DNA of 21,804 nucleotides from Minisyncoccota bacterium (GTDB lineage Bacteria; Patescibacteriota; Minisyncoccia; Phycocordibacterales; JBAYGS01): NCBI GenBank assembly GCA_041666545.1, contig JBAYGS010000001.1, positions 1 to 21,804 of the forward strand, read 5' to 3'. Shown piece by piece: positions 15,790 to 21,804 of this stretch (position 1 is its first letter; each line of letters starts with the position of its first letter). The notes under the pieces were generated by a model. It saw only the letters and a program-made list of their open reading frames with translations, ran no database searches and was not told where the DNA came from. The position numbers and the translations under genes were made by a program.

Positions 15790-16250
15790 GCTACGGAGAT
15801 ATTTTTTTGTCGCGACAAATGAAAATGGGCGGCTCGCAAGCGAGCCGCCCTATACGCAAAGGAGAGATTCTACCTTGCTGCACCTTAAGACGCCTGGGCC
15901 GAGTGAGAAACAACTTGTTTCCATCGGGTCGGGGCTAGACAGCAATGCAAGCTTCGGTCGCGAGTGAACCTTGTGGTGCCTCGCAGGTTATCACCTTAGC
16001 TATGCATCTGGGTGGACGACTTAATGCGGTTAGACGCTTAGCGTCTGGAGGCCGAAGAAAGCTGATCCGCGCTTGGAACGCGCGAGTCAATTATGTCTCC
16101 CTTTAGTCGGACGACAGCCAGCTCCAATCGGAGTCCGGTGATTGTCGGCCGGCGTTCAATATCTCTCTTTGGCAAGAATACACCCGTTGGAATTTCGTGC
16201 AAGGGACTTTTCCACTTTACCTGACTAAAGTGGAACGGGATAGACGGTTT
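15790..16250. ncRNA. ORF-free, GC-rich, hairpin-dense ~450-nt region that is a candidate structured ncRNA of undetermined strand and identity
   Basis: No plus-strand ORF of 60 aa or more lies between the DUF1761-like gene and the receiver gene. The only minus-strand ORF overlaps the receiver start and is not credible. Strong local hairpins are present: GGCGGCTCGC-aag-CGAGCCGCC at 15826-15850, GTTAGACGC-ttag-CGTCTGG, CGCGC-ttggaa-CGCGCG and CCGG-tgattgtcgg-CCGG. GC content is noticeably above its neighbours. Confidence 0.3.
16210..16239. repeat. Palindromic motif copy 2: TTCCACTTTA-cctgac-TAAAGTGGAACGGG
   Basis: 10-bp inverted arms share their sequence with 14065-14100 and 17749-17779. It lies about 50 nt upstream of the -35 of the receiver-gene promoter. 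Confidence 0.8.
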
Positions 16251-16289
16251 AGATAAGAGAGGAGAAATGAGTGGGCCAGGTTGGTCTTG

Positions 16290-16317
16290 TTGACAGAAAA
16301 GATTGTAGTGATATAAA
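16290..16317 (+). promoter_or_regulatory. Sigma70-type promoter TTGACA, 16-nt spacer, TATAAA, upstream of the receiver gene
   Basis: TTGACA lies at 16290-16295 and TATAAA at 16312-16317. The predicted ~70-nt 5' UTR contains the hairpin CAGCTTCGGGAGCTG and the RBS AAGGAAGG. Confidence 0.5.
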
Positions 16318-16390
16318 TACAAGTGGAAGTATATAACAAAACAACCCTGCGACAGCTTCGGGAGCTGTTCAGGTAAGAAAGGAAGGTCAT

Positions 16391-16885
16391 ATGTCAGTGA
16401 TTCATGCACGCGTTGCTCTGATTGAGGCGGAAGAAGATATTCGAAAGCTTCTGGCCAAAGCTCTTCTACGGCATGGCTACCAAGTTTCAACTTTCGCCTC
16501 GGCGGAGGAGTTTCTTGGGAGTGATGGTTTGGCCCGTCTGCTCGAGTTCGATGTGGTGGTTCTCGACTACCAGATGGTAGAGATGAACGGCCAAGAACTC
16601 TGTCAGAGGATCAAAGCGGTCCGACCCGAGTTGCCGGTCATTATCGAAAGTGGCATGCCTGGACGAGAATTTATTGGTGAGTGCCTCAAGGCTGGTGCCA
16701 ATCGGGTCCTAACCAAGCCCTTCTCGGTCGAAGAGTTGCTGGCTACAATTCATGCTGTCCTGCCCACGGTCGATATAAAGAAGATTACTGCGCCATCCGT
16801 TTCGGATGTCATTGAGGAAGCAGTGGCTAGTGCCGTACTCGATGTGGTGGAGGAGGCTATCGGTTTGGCCGATGATGATGATTAA
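16391..16885 (+). CDS. Stand-alone CheY-like response-regulator receiver domain protein with a C-terminal acidic tail (..LADDDD)
   Basis: The REC pattern is present: an acidic N-terminal cluster (IEAEED), phospho-acceptor Asp in VVVLDYQM, T/S in IIESG, and K in LTKPF. There is no output domain. A strong RBS is present. Confidence 0.7.
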   Translation: MSVIHARVALIEAEEDIRKLLAKALLRHGYQVSTFASAEEFLGSDGLARLLEFDVVVLDYQMVEMNGQELCQRIKAVRPELPVIIESGMPGREFIGECLKAGANRVLTKPFSVEELLATIHAVLPTVDIKKITAPSVSDVIEEAVASAVLDVVEEAIGLADDDD

Positions 16886-16915
16886 TCAATTTATCCCTAG
16901 AAAAAGTTTGCAGAA

Positions 16916-16946
16916 CCCGTGGCCCAAGTGGCTCACGGGTTTTTAT
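16916..16946 (+). terminator. Intrinsic terminator for the receiver gene (CCCGTGGCCCAAGTGGCTCACGGG followed by TTTTTAT)
   Basis: A GC-rich hairpin is followed by a T-tract about 30 nt after the stop. Confidence 0.65.
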
Positions 16947-16951
16947 ATATT

Positions 16952-16979
16952 TAAAAAGCCGCCCACGGGGTGGGCGGCT
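16952..16979 (-). terminator. Intrinsic terminator for the minus-strand gene 16997..17590 (AGCCGCCCAC-cccg-TGGGCGGCT followed by TTTTT on the minus strand)
   Basis: The hairpin is preceded by AAAAA on the plus strand. It sits back-to-back with the plus-strand terminator, giving a convergent pair. Confidence 0.65.
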
Positions 16980-16996
16980 AACGAGCTGAAGGGGTC

Positions 16997-17590
16997 TTAC
17001 TCAACACCCCAGGTCTTTTTGGAAAGCCAGTGTCCGACCTGGCATCGGACCGGTTGGCCCGACAGGGTAAACATCTTGAACTGGTAATCTCCTGAATCGA
17101 AAATGTCTCCGAGGCGGATGCGAACCAGAGTTTGGCCTACATAGAGTGGGCTGACCTTCACAAAGGTGGAGTTGTCAAACACTTCCGGCTTTTTGCCGCG
17201 CCGCGCCTCGCGGAGCCTTTGAGCCCGAAGATTGGCGTCGCGGTTCTTCCACGGTGTCCTTCCGTATACGAGAATTGCCGCGGGGAATCCACCCGCACAA
17301 ACTCCGACTTTGAAAACCTCGCAGCTGAAGATCTGACTCCGCGGGATTCGGGCAACTTCGCGCTTGCCCTGACGGATTATGAGGTGCTTCGGGGCGCGCT
17401 CTTCATCAATTACCGCCCGGAAATCGCCATTGCCATATTGCAGCAATTTTTGGCTCCAGCGGGTGCAACCCAACTCTTCGCACCGATTGTCAGGGACGCC
17501 GTTGTAGAGGGTCTGTATAACTCCGCACGGCGAAATTCGGCCGTGTTGCCTAACATAACAGCCGGTTAGGTCGGCGAGCATTGCTTTCAT
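16997..17590 (-). CDS. Hypothetical Cys-containing protein (197 aa)
   Basis: A long minus-strand ORF with its own terminator. No recognisable family; Cys residues occur at TGCYVRQHGRISPCG and CEELGC. Confidence 0.45.
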   Translation of the reverse strand: MKAMLADLTGCYVRQHGRISPCGVIQTLYNGVPDNRCEELGCTRWSQKLLQYGNGDFRAVIDEERAPKHLIIRQGKREVARIPRSQIFSCEVFKVGVCAGGFPAAILVYGRTPWKNRDANLRAQRLREARRGKKPEVFDNSTFVKVSPLYVGQTLVRIRLGDIFDSGDYQFKMFTLSGQPVRCQVGHWLSKKTWGVE

Positions 17591-17748
17591 TTTTTGTCCT
17601 TAATTTGGGTTTTCTGCGGTTTCGTTTGGTATACCAGGGAACCGAGTCTACTTCTAGTATATACATATATATAGAAAATGTCAAGGGCGGGTTTTGGGTT
17701 AGACAAATAAGGTGCGTGACGGTTGAATCTGTGGGTCAGTATTCAATT

Positions 17749-17779
17749 GTTCCACTTTAGTTGAGTAAAGTGGAACGGG
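17749..17779. repeat. Palindromic motif copy 3: GTTCCACTTTAG-ttga-GTAAAGTGGAACGGG
   Basis: It shares arms with the other two copies. It lies in the divergent intergenic region between 16997..17590 (minus) and 17836..18666 (plus). Confidence 0.8.
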
Positions 17780-17835
17780 AAATTGGTGAGAAGTCTGTTA
17801 GACACTTCGTTTTAAATGCTATATGCTTTAGATAT

Positions 17836-18666
17836 ATGGAAGAAGCTAAAAATTTATTGCCCGAGGCGCCTGTTGCGCCAGAGTTGTCGGTTGCCACTGT
17901 TGAACAGGGCGCACAAGCTGCTAATTGGGAATTAATGGAGCCGGGTGGCAAAGGTTTCGAGACCTTGACCAAACCGGAAAAGTTGAATGTTTTGATTCGA
18001 GTAGAAGGTGAAAATTCCTTGGCACTTACTCAAATCGAGGCTTCGGCAAATCAGGAGCGAGCGAAACTTATTGAAATTAGGGAGGGTCTTGGTATGGCTC
18101 CGCTTGCTGAGGGTACTTTGCTTAGTCCGGAAATCAGACTTCAGGAATTGAGGGAAGAGCGAGAAAGGCTCGAACAGGCGAGGCTGGAACTGTTGCAGGA
18201 AGAAATGAGACAAATTTGGCAGGAACAAATTACGGCCACCTTTGAGATATTTAAAAAAATGCCACCCGAGCAATTTAAAACGGTACTTGAGACCGGAGAG
18301 ATCCCTTCGCTTTATGAACAATTATTAAAATTGCTGTCGACCATCTTTGGTCAGGGAGAGAAGGCGCCGAAGATGGAGGCCGAGTATGTGATTGTCTTGG
18401 CGGAAGCTTATGAAAACGGCTACACCACGATCGATCAGATTTCTGCTGGGGTGCCAAAATTCGCTGAACTTCAAACCGAAATGCAACCAATGATTGCTGA
18501 GGTTGCGACCGAGAGATTGCTCAAGGGGCCGGAACAAAATTTGATTGAAGATAAGGAGGCTGTTCCGGAACTGACAAATAACGAACCAGCGCAAATTCCT
18601 GAAACCAGTAGTGGGGAGGCGGCGCCGGAGGTGTCATCTAGTGGGGCAGAGGTGGTGACAAAGTAA
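17836..18666 (+). CDS. Hypothetical acidic coiled-coil protein (about 276 aa)
   Basis: The ORF track opens at a TTG at 17761 inside the palindrome; the first ATG at 17836 is the more plausible start. The sequence is Glu/Gln-rich with heptad-like segments (LQELREERERLEQARLELLQEEMRQ). Confidence 0.45.
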   Translation: MEEAKNLLPEAPVAPELSVATVEQGAQAANWELMEPGGKGFETLTKPEKLNVLIRVEGENSLALTQIEASANQERAKLIEIREGLGMAPLAEGTLLSPEIRLQELREERERLEQARLELLQEEMRQIWQEQITATFEIFKKMPPEQFKTVLETGEIPSLYEQLLKLLSTIFGQGEKAPKMEAEYVIVLAEAYENGYTTIDQISAGVPKFAELQTEMQPMIAEVATERLLKGPEQNLIEDKEAVPELTNNEPAQIPETSSGEAAPEVSSSGAEVVTK

Positions 18667-18685
18667 ATCGTTGTTAGAAAATTGA

Positions 18686-18721
18686 TATTAAAAAGGCCCG
18701 AAGCGCTTTGCGCTTCGGGCC
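18686..18721 (-). terminator. Intrinsic terminator (GGCCCGAAGCGC-tttg-GCGCTTCGGGCC) that serves the minus-strand CoaD-HD gene and may be bidirectional
   Basis: A perfect 12-bp GC stem is flanked by an A-tract on the plus strand, which is a U-tract for the minus transcript. Confidence 0.65.
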
Positions 18722-18727
18722 GAGTTG

Positions 18728-19864
18728 TTAGCCTCTCAAGTTTGCGACCAATTTTCGCAAGTTTTCCTTAGCGGTAGCCTCGTACCGGTCTTGGAAGAAC
18801 TTGGTCAGGTAGAGGGGTTTCCGGTTGAGGAATTTCTCCATCACGTCGGCTCGTCCCCGGCGGAAGTCCTGAATGGGGAGCCAGCTGTATTCGTTGGCAA
18901 TCCCCCGATCATACCTATCGAACTTTTTTGCCGACTTGCCGAGGATGGCGAGATCGAGGTCAACCAGATACTGGGCATCAAGATCAGGTGCCATTTCGGT
19001 GTGAGTCGTCGCCATGATGAGCTCTTTTACATGCTCGATTGTGTTCTTGGTTAAACCAAGTTTCTGCAAGTCGAGCTCGGCTCGGTAGGCGCTCCTCGCT
19101 TCGTTGTCGGCAATCACCGGATGATCTTTGGACGGAGGCTCGTACACTACATCATGGTACCAGACGGCCAAGTTTACATCCGAAGGAGCGCTGAGCAGAG
19201 TGCAGACTTCCCGAAGCTCGTCGAGCATCGAAACGATGTGTTCGAGAGTGTGGTAGGCCCGGTGCGTTTCGCCATAGCGGGCAACGAGATCCAAAAAGAT
19301 TCTTTCAGACCCTTTCGGCTGGCCCAAGTCCACCATGAGGGCGTCCCAGTGTCGGCGAGCCCTCTTCAAGATGAACTTCTCCTTAAGTTTGGCGACCACT
19401 GCCGGTGGGGCCGATCTTTCGGCCTGCTCTTCCCAGTTGGGATCGGCGCCGACATGGCCTTTGACTAGACTCGAGCTCACATATCGCAATTCCTTCAAAC
19501 AGCCGACATAGACGGTCTCGATGCGTGGGCAGATTTGCCGATTTTCCTCGCTCAAGACTTCTTCATCCTCCATGTCGCGCCAACCGCGCAAACCGCGGAT
19601 GATGACTTGGGCGCCGATTGAATCAGCAAACTTCACGACATACTGACCGACGCAAATATCGACTCTGACATTCTTGATGTGCAGAAGCGCCAACCTGGCC
19701 ATCGCTACCCGCTCTTCGGGTGTGAAGGTGTAGGACTTGCGCGGGTCGACGGCGACCACAACCACAAATTCGTCATAAAGCGGAGCCATCCGTTCGACGA
19801 CATTGATGTGGCCAAAGGTTATTGGGTCAAGACTGGCGGCATAAACGGCTTTTCGGGCTTTCAT
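18728..19864 (-). CDS. coaD: Phosphopantetheine adenylyltransferase (CoaD/PPAT) fused to a C-terminal HD-domain phosphohydrolase
   Basis: The N-terminus KAVYAASLDPITFGHINVVERMAPLYDEFVVVVAVDPRK... has the T/HxGH nucleotidyltransferase motif and the PPAT pattern. Downstream are HTLEH and WYHDVVY, which are HD-domain metal-binding motifs. The start was chosen at MKARKAVY because of the RBS AAGGGAG; the ORF extends 32 codons further upstream. Confidence 0.7.
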   Translation of the reverse strand: MKARKAVYAASLDPITFGHINVVERMAPLYDEFVVVVAVDPRKSYTFTPEERVAMARLALLHIKNVRVDICVGQYVVKFADSIGAQVIIRGLRGWRDMEDEEVLSEENRQICPRIETVYVGCLKELRYVSSSLVKGHVGADPNWEEQAERSAPPAVVAKLKEKFILKRARRHWDALMVDLGQPKGSERIFLDLVARYGETHRAYHTLEHIVSMLDELREVCTLLSAPSDVNLAVWYHDVVYEPPSKDHPVIADNEARSAYRAELDLQKLGLTKNTIEHVKELIMATTHTEMAPDLDAQYLVDLDLAILGKSAKKFDRYDRGIANEYSWLPIQDFRRGRADVMEKFLNRKPLYLTKFFQDRYEATAKENLRKLVANLRG

Positions 19865-19971
19865 AAACTCCCTTTCTTTTAAGGTTCGTTCTGTCCACAA
19901 GCTAGCCGATTTGACAAAAATAGTCAATGAGGCGTAATTGTTCGCGCCGAGACAAGACAAAGCAGGCAGTT

Positions 19972-20002
19972 AATTAAAAACTCCCCGTGAAGAGACGGGG
20001 AG
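19972..20002 (-). terminator. Intrinsic terminator for the minus-strand gene 20016..20546 (CTCCCCGT-ctcttca-CGGGGAG followed by TTTTTAATT on the minus strand)
   Basis: The hairpin is preceded by TAAAAA on the plus strand. Confidence 0.6.
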
Positions 20003-20015
20003 TTGATGGTCGGGT

Positions 20016-20546
20016 TCAAAATTGAATTTGCTTCAGGACTTGGACGAGAGCTGATTCCAAAATACCCTGTCGGCTGATTTGACCTTTGGTCAAAGTGCTG
20101 TGGGGGTCATCCGGGCGGCCACCAAGCTTTTCGGCAATCACGTCTCCGACCGTGGTCGTGTTGAAGCCTCTCTGGGAGGCTATCATCACATACTCGAGAG
20201 GGAATTCCAGGCCGGTCGAAGTGCCGATAATTTGTTGGCCATCCGGCGTGATTGCCACAATGACGGCGATGTCCAAGAAGCGGATGCCTTCCTCCGACCG
20301 GCTGATTGAGTGAAGACAGAAAATTCCGTTCTCGATGCCAATTGCCAGACTGTTCGGATCGGCCTCTTGGGCTTGCCTGGCTCTGGCTAGGGCGCCTCTA
20401 AATGTCTGATTGAAGTCGAGTGGTTGTTCGTTCTGGCCAGAGTAAGTTTTGACCGGTCCTACATTGGCTACGAGGCCGAGGGCGTTGCAGGCATTGATCA
20501 CGGCCGCCAATTTGAGAGTACTTAATGAGCCGACGGTAATTTTCAC
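20016..20546 (-). CDS. YjjX-like (DUF84/Maf-Ham1 superfamily) inosine/xanthosine triphosphatase, a non-canonical purine NTP phosphatase
   Basis: The N-terminus MKITVGSLSTLKLAAV (G..N..Kl.Av pattern) together with the internal E..G and IAVIVA...DG segments and the overall length of about 176 aa resemble YjjX. Confidence 0.5.
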   Translation of the reverse strand: MKITVGSLSTLKLAAVINACNALGLVANVGPVKTYSGQNEQPLDFNQTFRGALARARQAQEADPNSLAIGIENGIFCLHSISRSEEGIRFLDIAVIVAITPDGQQIIGTSTGLEFPLEYVMIASQRGFNTTTVGDVIAEKLGGRPDDPHSTLTKGQISRQGILESALVQVLKQIQF

Positions 20547-20595
20547 AAGATCCTTTGATTGGGGTTCTTTTTACACGCTAGCATAATTTATTAAT

Positions 20596-20623
20596 TTGTC
20601 AAATCATTTTAAATAGGTATAAT
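20596..20623 (+). promoter_or_regulatory. Sigma70-type promoter TTGTCA, 16-nt spacer, TATAAT, ending about 10 nt before the rdgB ATG
   Basis: TTGTCA lies at 20596-20601 and TATAAT at 20618-20623. The ATG at 20634 has no RBS, which suggests a leaderless or very short-leader mRNA. Confidence 0.45.
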
Positions 20624-20633
20624 GCCAAGAGAT

Positions 20634-21182
20634 ATGAACCTTACATTAATTACGGGTAATTCTGGTAAGGCCGAAGAAGTCAGGCGTTACTTGGCGGTAC
20701 CAATCGAACATCAAGAAATTGATTTGCCTGAAATCCAGTCCTTGGATTTGGGGGAAATTGTGAAGGATAAGGCTGAAAGAGCTTTTACCAAGCTCGGCCA
20801 GCCGGTTTTGGTTGAGGATGTCTCGCTCGTCTTCCACGCCCTCGGTCAACTTCCGGGGCCATTAATCAAGTGGTTTCTGAAAGAGCTCGACATGGAAGGT
20901 CTTTGTCGTCTAGTTGATGGCAAGAATCGCCGATGTACCGCCACGGTTTGCTACGGTCTTCATGATGGGGGAAAGGTCAGACTGTTTTCCGGTTCGATGG
21001 AGGGTTTGGTGTCCGACATTCCGCGCGGTAGCAACAGCTTCGGCTGGGCGCCAATTTTCGTTCCATTGAGTGTTCATCTGACTTATGCTGAATTATCAAA
21101 CGAGCAGCAAGCGATTATCTCGATGCGCCGAAAGGCACTTAAGAAGCTCCGTGATTATTTGGTTGGAAGCCACCTGATTTAA
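20634..21182 (+). CDS. rdgB: Ham1/RdgB-family non-canonical purine NTP pyrophosphatase (dITP/XTP diphosphatase)
   Basis: Motifs present: LTLITGNSGKAEE (ATGN.GK), VEDVSLVFHALGQLPGP (DDSGL...LgG.PG), the GWAPIFVP block, and a C-terminal SMRRKAL (SHR..A). The start was set at MNLTL; an alternative ATG lies at 20622 inside the -10 box. Confidence 0.7.
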   Translation: MNLTLITGNSGKAEEVRRYLAVPIEHQEIDLPEIQSLDLGEIVKDKAERAFTKLGQPVLVEDVSLVFHALGQLPGPLIKWFLKELDMEGLCRLVDGKNRRCTATVCYGLHDGGKVRLFSGSMEGLVSDIPRGSNSFGWAPIFVPLSVHLTYAELSNEQQAIISMRRKALKKLRDYLVGSHLI

Positions 21183-21202
21183 TTTAGGTGAATTGAAATC
21201 CG

Positions 21203-21245
21203 CCCCTTGGAGCAGACTCCAAGGGGCTTTCTTCTTGCTTTTCGG
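21203..21245 (+). terminator. Intrinsic terminator for rdgB (CCCCTTGGAG-caga-CTCCAAGGGG followed by CTTTCTTCTTGCTTTTC)
   Basis: A perfect 10-bp stem is followed by a T-rich tract 20 nt after the stop. Confidence 0.65.
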
Positions 21246-21272
21246 GAAAATGGTGGTAGTGTTGGGTGAGAA

Positions 21273-21794
21273 ATGGTGAAAGTTATGACAAAAATTATTC
21301 TGATTGAAAATGACCCACAGCAGTCGGTGGCAGTCAGTAGCCGGCTCGGTGTCCACTTTGAGAATCTTGGTGGTTGTGAAGTCACCCGCCTCGAAACGGA
21401 AAAGAGTTTTGAGGAATTACTTGAGCGAGTACCTAGCGGCCCTTTCCCTTATAACCTTGTCATTTCCGGAATGATGCTGCCACTGCAGGATTATGAGGAG
21501 GCGGTGAAAAATACTCCACCTGGGACCAAGGTTGACGCACAAGCCGGGCGTGATTTCAGGCGGGCCGGAGTGCGAATGTGGCAGATCTTCCGGTCTCATC
21601 CGGAGTGGCAGAAAGTGCCGTGGATATTTTACACGATACTCGACCTGAAGACTGTGCTTACTATGGGGTTCGACCCGGACTCTGACGATTCTGCTGATTT
21701 TGTGCAGAAGTCGAAGAAGATCCGAAACCTGCTCGAGGTTGTCGACTTCTTTCTTCAGCCTTCATCGCCACCGATTCAACATATGGAATTTTAG
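21273..21794 (+). CDS. Hypothetical protein with a receiver-like N-terminus that appears to lack the canonical phospho-acceptor Asp
   Basis: KIILIENDP resembles the start of a REC domain, but the expected Asp at the end of beta-3 is replaced by Ser (NLVISGMMLP). The start codon is uncertain (21273 or 21285). Confidence 0.4.
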   Translation: MVKVMTKIILIENDPQQSVAVSSRLGVHFENLGGCEVTRLETEKSFEELLERVPSGPFPYNLVISGMMLPLQDYEEAVKNTPPGTKVDAQAGRDFRRAGVRMWQIFRSHPEWQKVPWIFYTILDLKTVLTMGFDPDSDDSADFVQKSKKIRNLLEVVDFFLQPSSPPIQHMEF

Positions 21795-21804
21795 ACTAAG
21801 CAAC

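Noticed and set aside
15790-16250. Specific assignment of the GC-rich spacer as tmRNA or RNase P RNA
   Set aside because: Neither strand contains the tmRNA UUCGAC or GGUUCGA elements with an ALAA-type tag frame, nor the RNase P AGGAAAGUCCGGGCUCC and ACAGAA-CCGGCUUA blocks. Only 8-9-nt chance matches were found. It is kept only as an unassigned structured-RNA candidate.
16038-16490. 150-aa minus-strand ORF spanning the structured intergenic region
   Set aside because: It overlaps the start and RBS of the well-supported receiver gene on the opposite strand. It lies in a GC-rich hairpin-dense region where chance ORFs are expected, and has no RBS.
1-21804. Alternative genetic code, for example UGA recoded as in some candidate phyla
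   Set aside because: TAA, TAG and TGA each terminate at least one well-supported gene (giant gene TAA, dnaX TAG, 6463..7185 and 2746..3687 TGA). Long ORFs are intact under the standard code.

Overview
This 21.8 kb window is a gene-dense bacterial segment that uses the standard genetic code (TAA, TAG and TGA all terminate clear genes). The short DnaX, the giant repeat protein and the many lineage-specific hypothetical genes suggest an uncultivated, possibly CPR/Patescibacteria-like bacterium; that placement is inference only.

Recognisable core genes are:
- dnaX (DNA pol III gamma/tau);
- tRNA-Gln(UUG);
- a cytoplasmic M23-type peptidase;
- a GlcG/HbpS-like protein, a VOC/glyoxalase-fold protein and a DUF1761-like membrane protein;
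- an orphan CheY-like receiver;
- a CoaD(PPAT)-HD phosphohydrolase fusion;
- a divergent pair of non-canonical NTP house-cleaning enzymes (YjjX-like and RdgB/Ham1);
- a 5'-truncated Thr/Ser/Gly-rich surface protein with a peptidoglycan-binding-like domain.

The most unusual content is a co-directional block immediately downstream of the tRNA-Gln gene (about 5.2-13.2 kb). Its GC content looks visibly lower than the flanking core genes. It encodes four proteins with no recognisable family, one carrying a C-terminal Rx4H (HEPN-like) motif, followed by a 1603-aa giant protein. That giant protein has about 20 degenerate ~40-aa tandem repeats (SPEVQxAxK signature), a coiled-coil segment, a Cys-rich middle domain and a C-terminal GNAT acetyltransferase. 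The giant gene is bracketed by perfect 27-bp direct repeats containing a small hairpin. This block is a candidate tRNA-linked accessory island or uncharacterised conflict system.

The non-coding content is also unusual:
- a copy-pasted ~90-bp terminator module plus (TATAC[C/T])n microsatellite follows two unrelated adjacent genes;
- related CCCCG...CTTG-loop-CAAG...CGGGG terminator hairpins recur four times;
- a palindromic TTCCACTTTA-N-TAAAGTGGAAC-GGG motif has three intergenic copies, one a perfect 36-bp palindrome;
- there are two ORF-free candidate ncRNA loci: a clean sigma70 promoter-to-terminator unit of about 300 nt, and a GC-rich structured region of about 450 nt.

No transposase, integrase or CRISPR array was seen.
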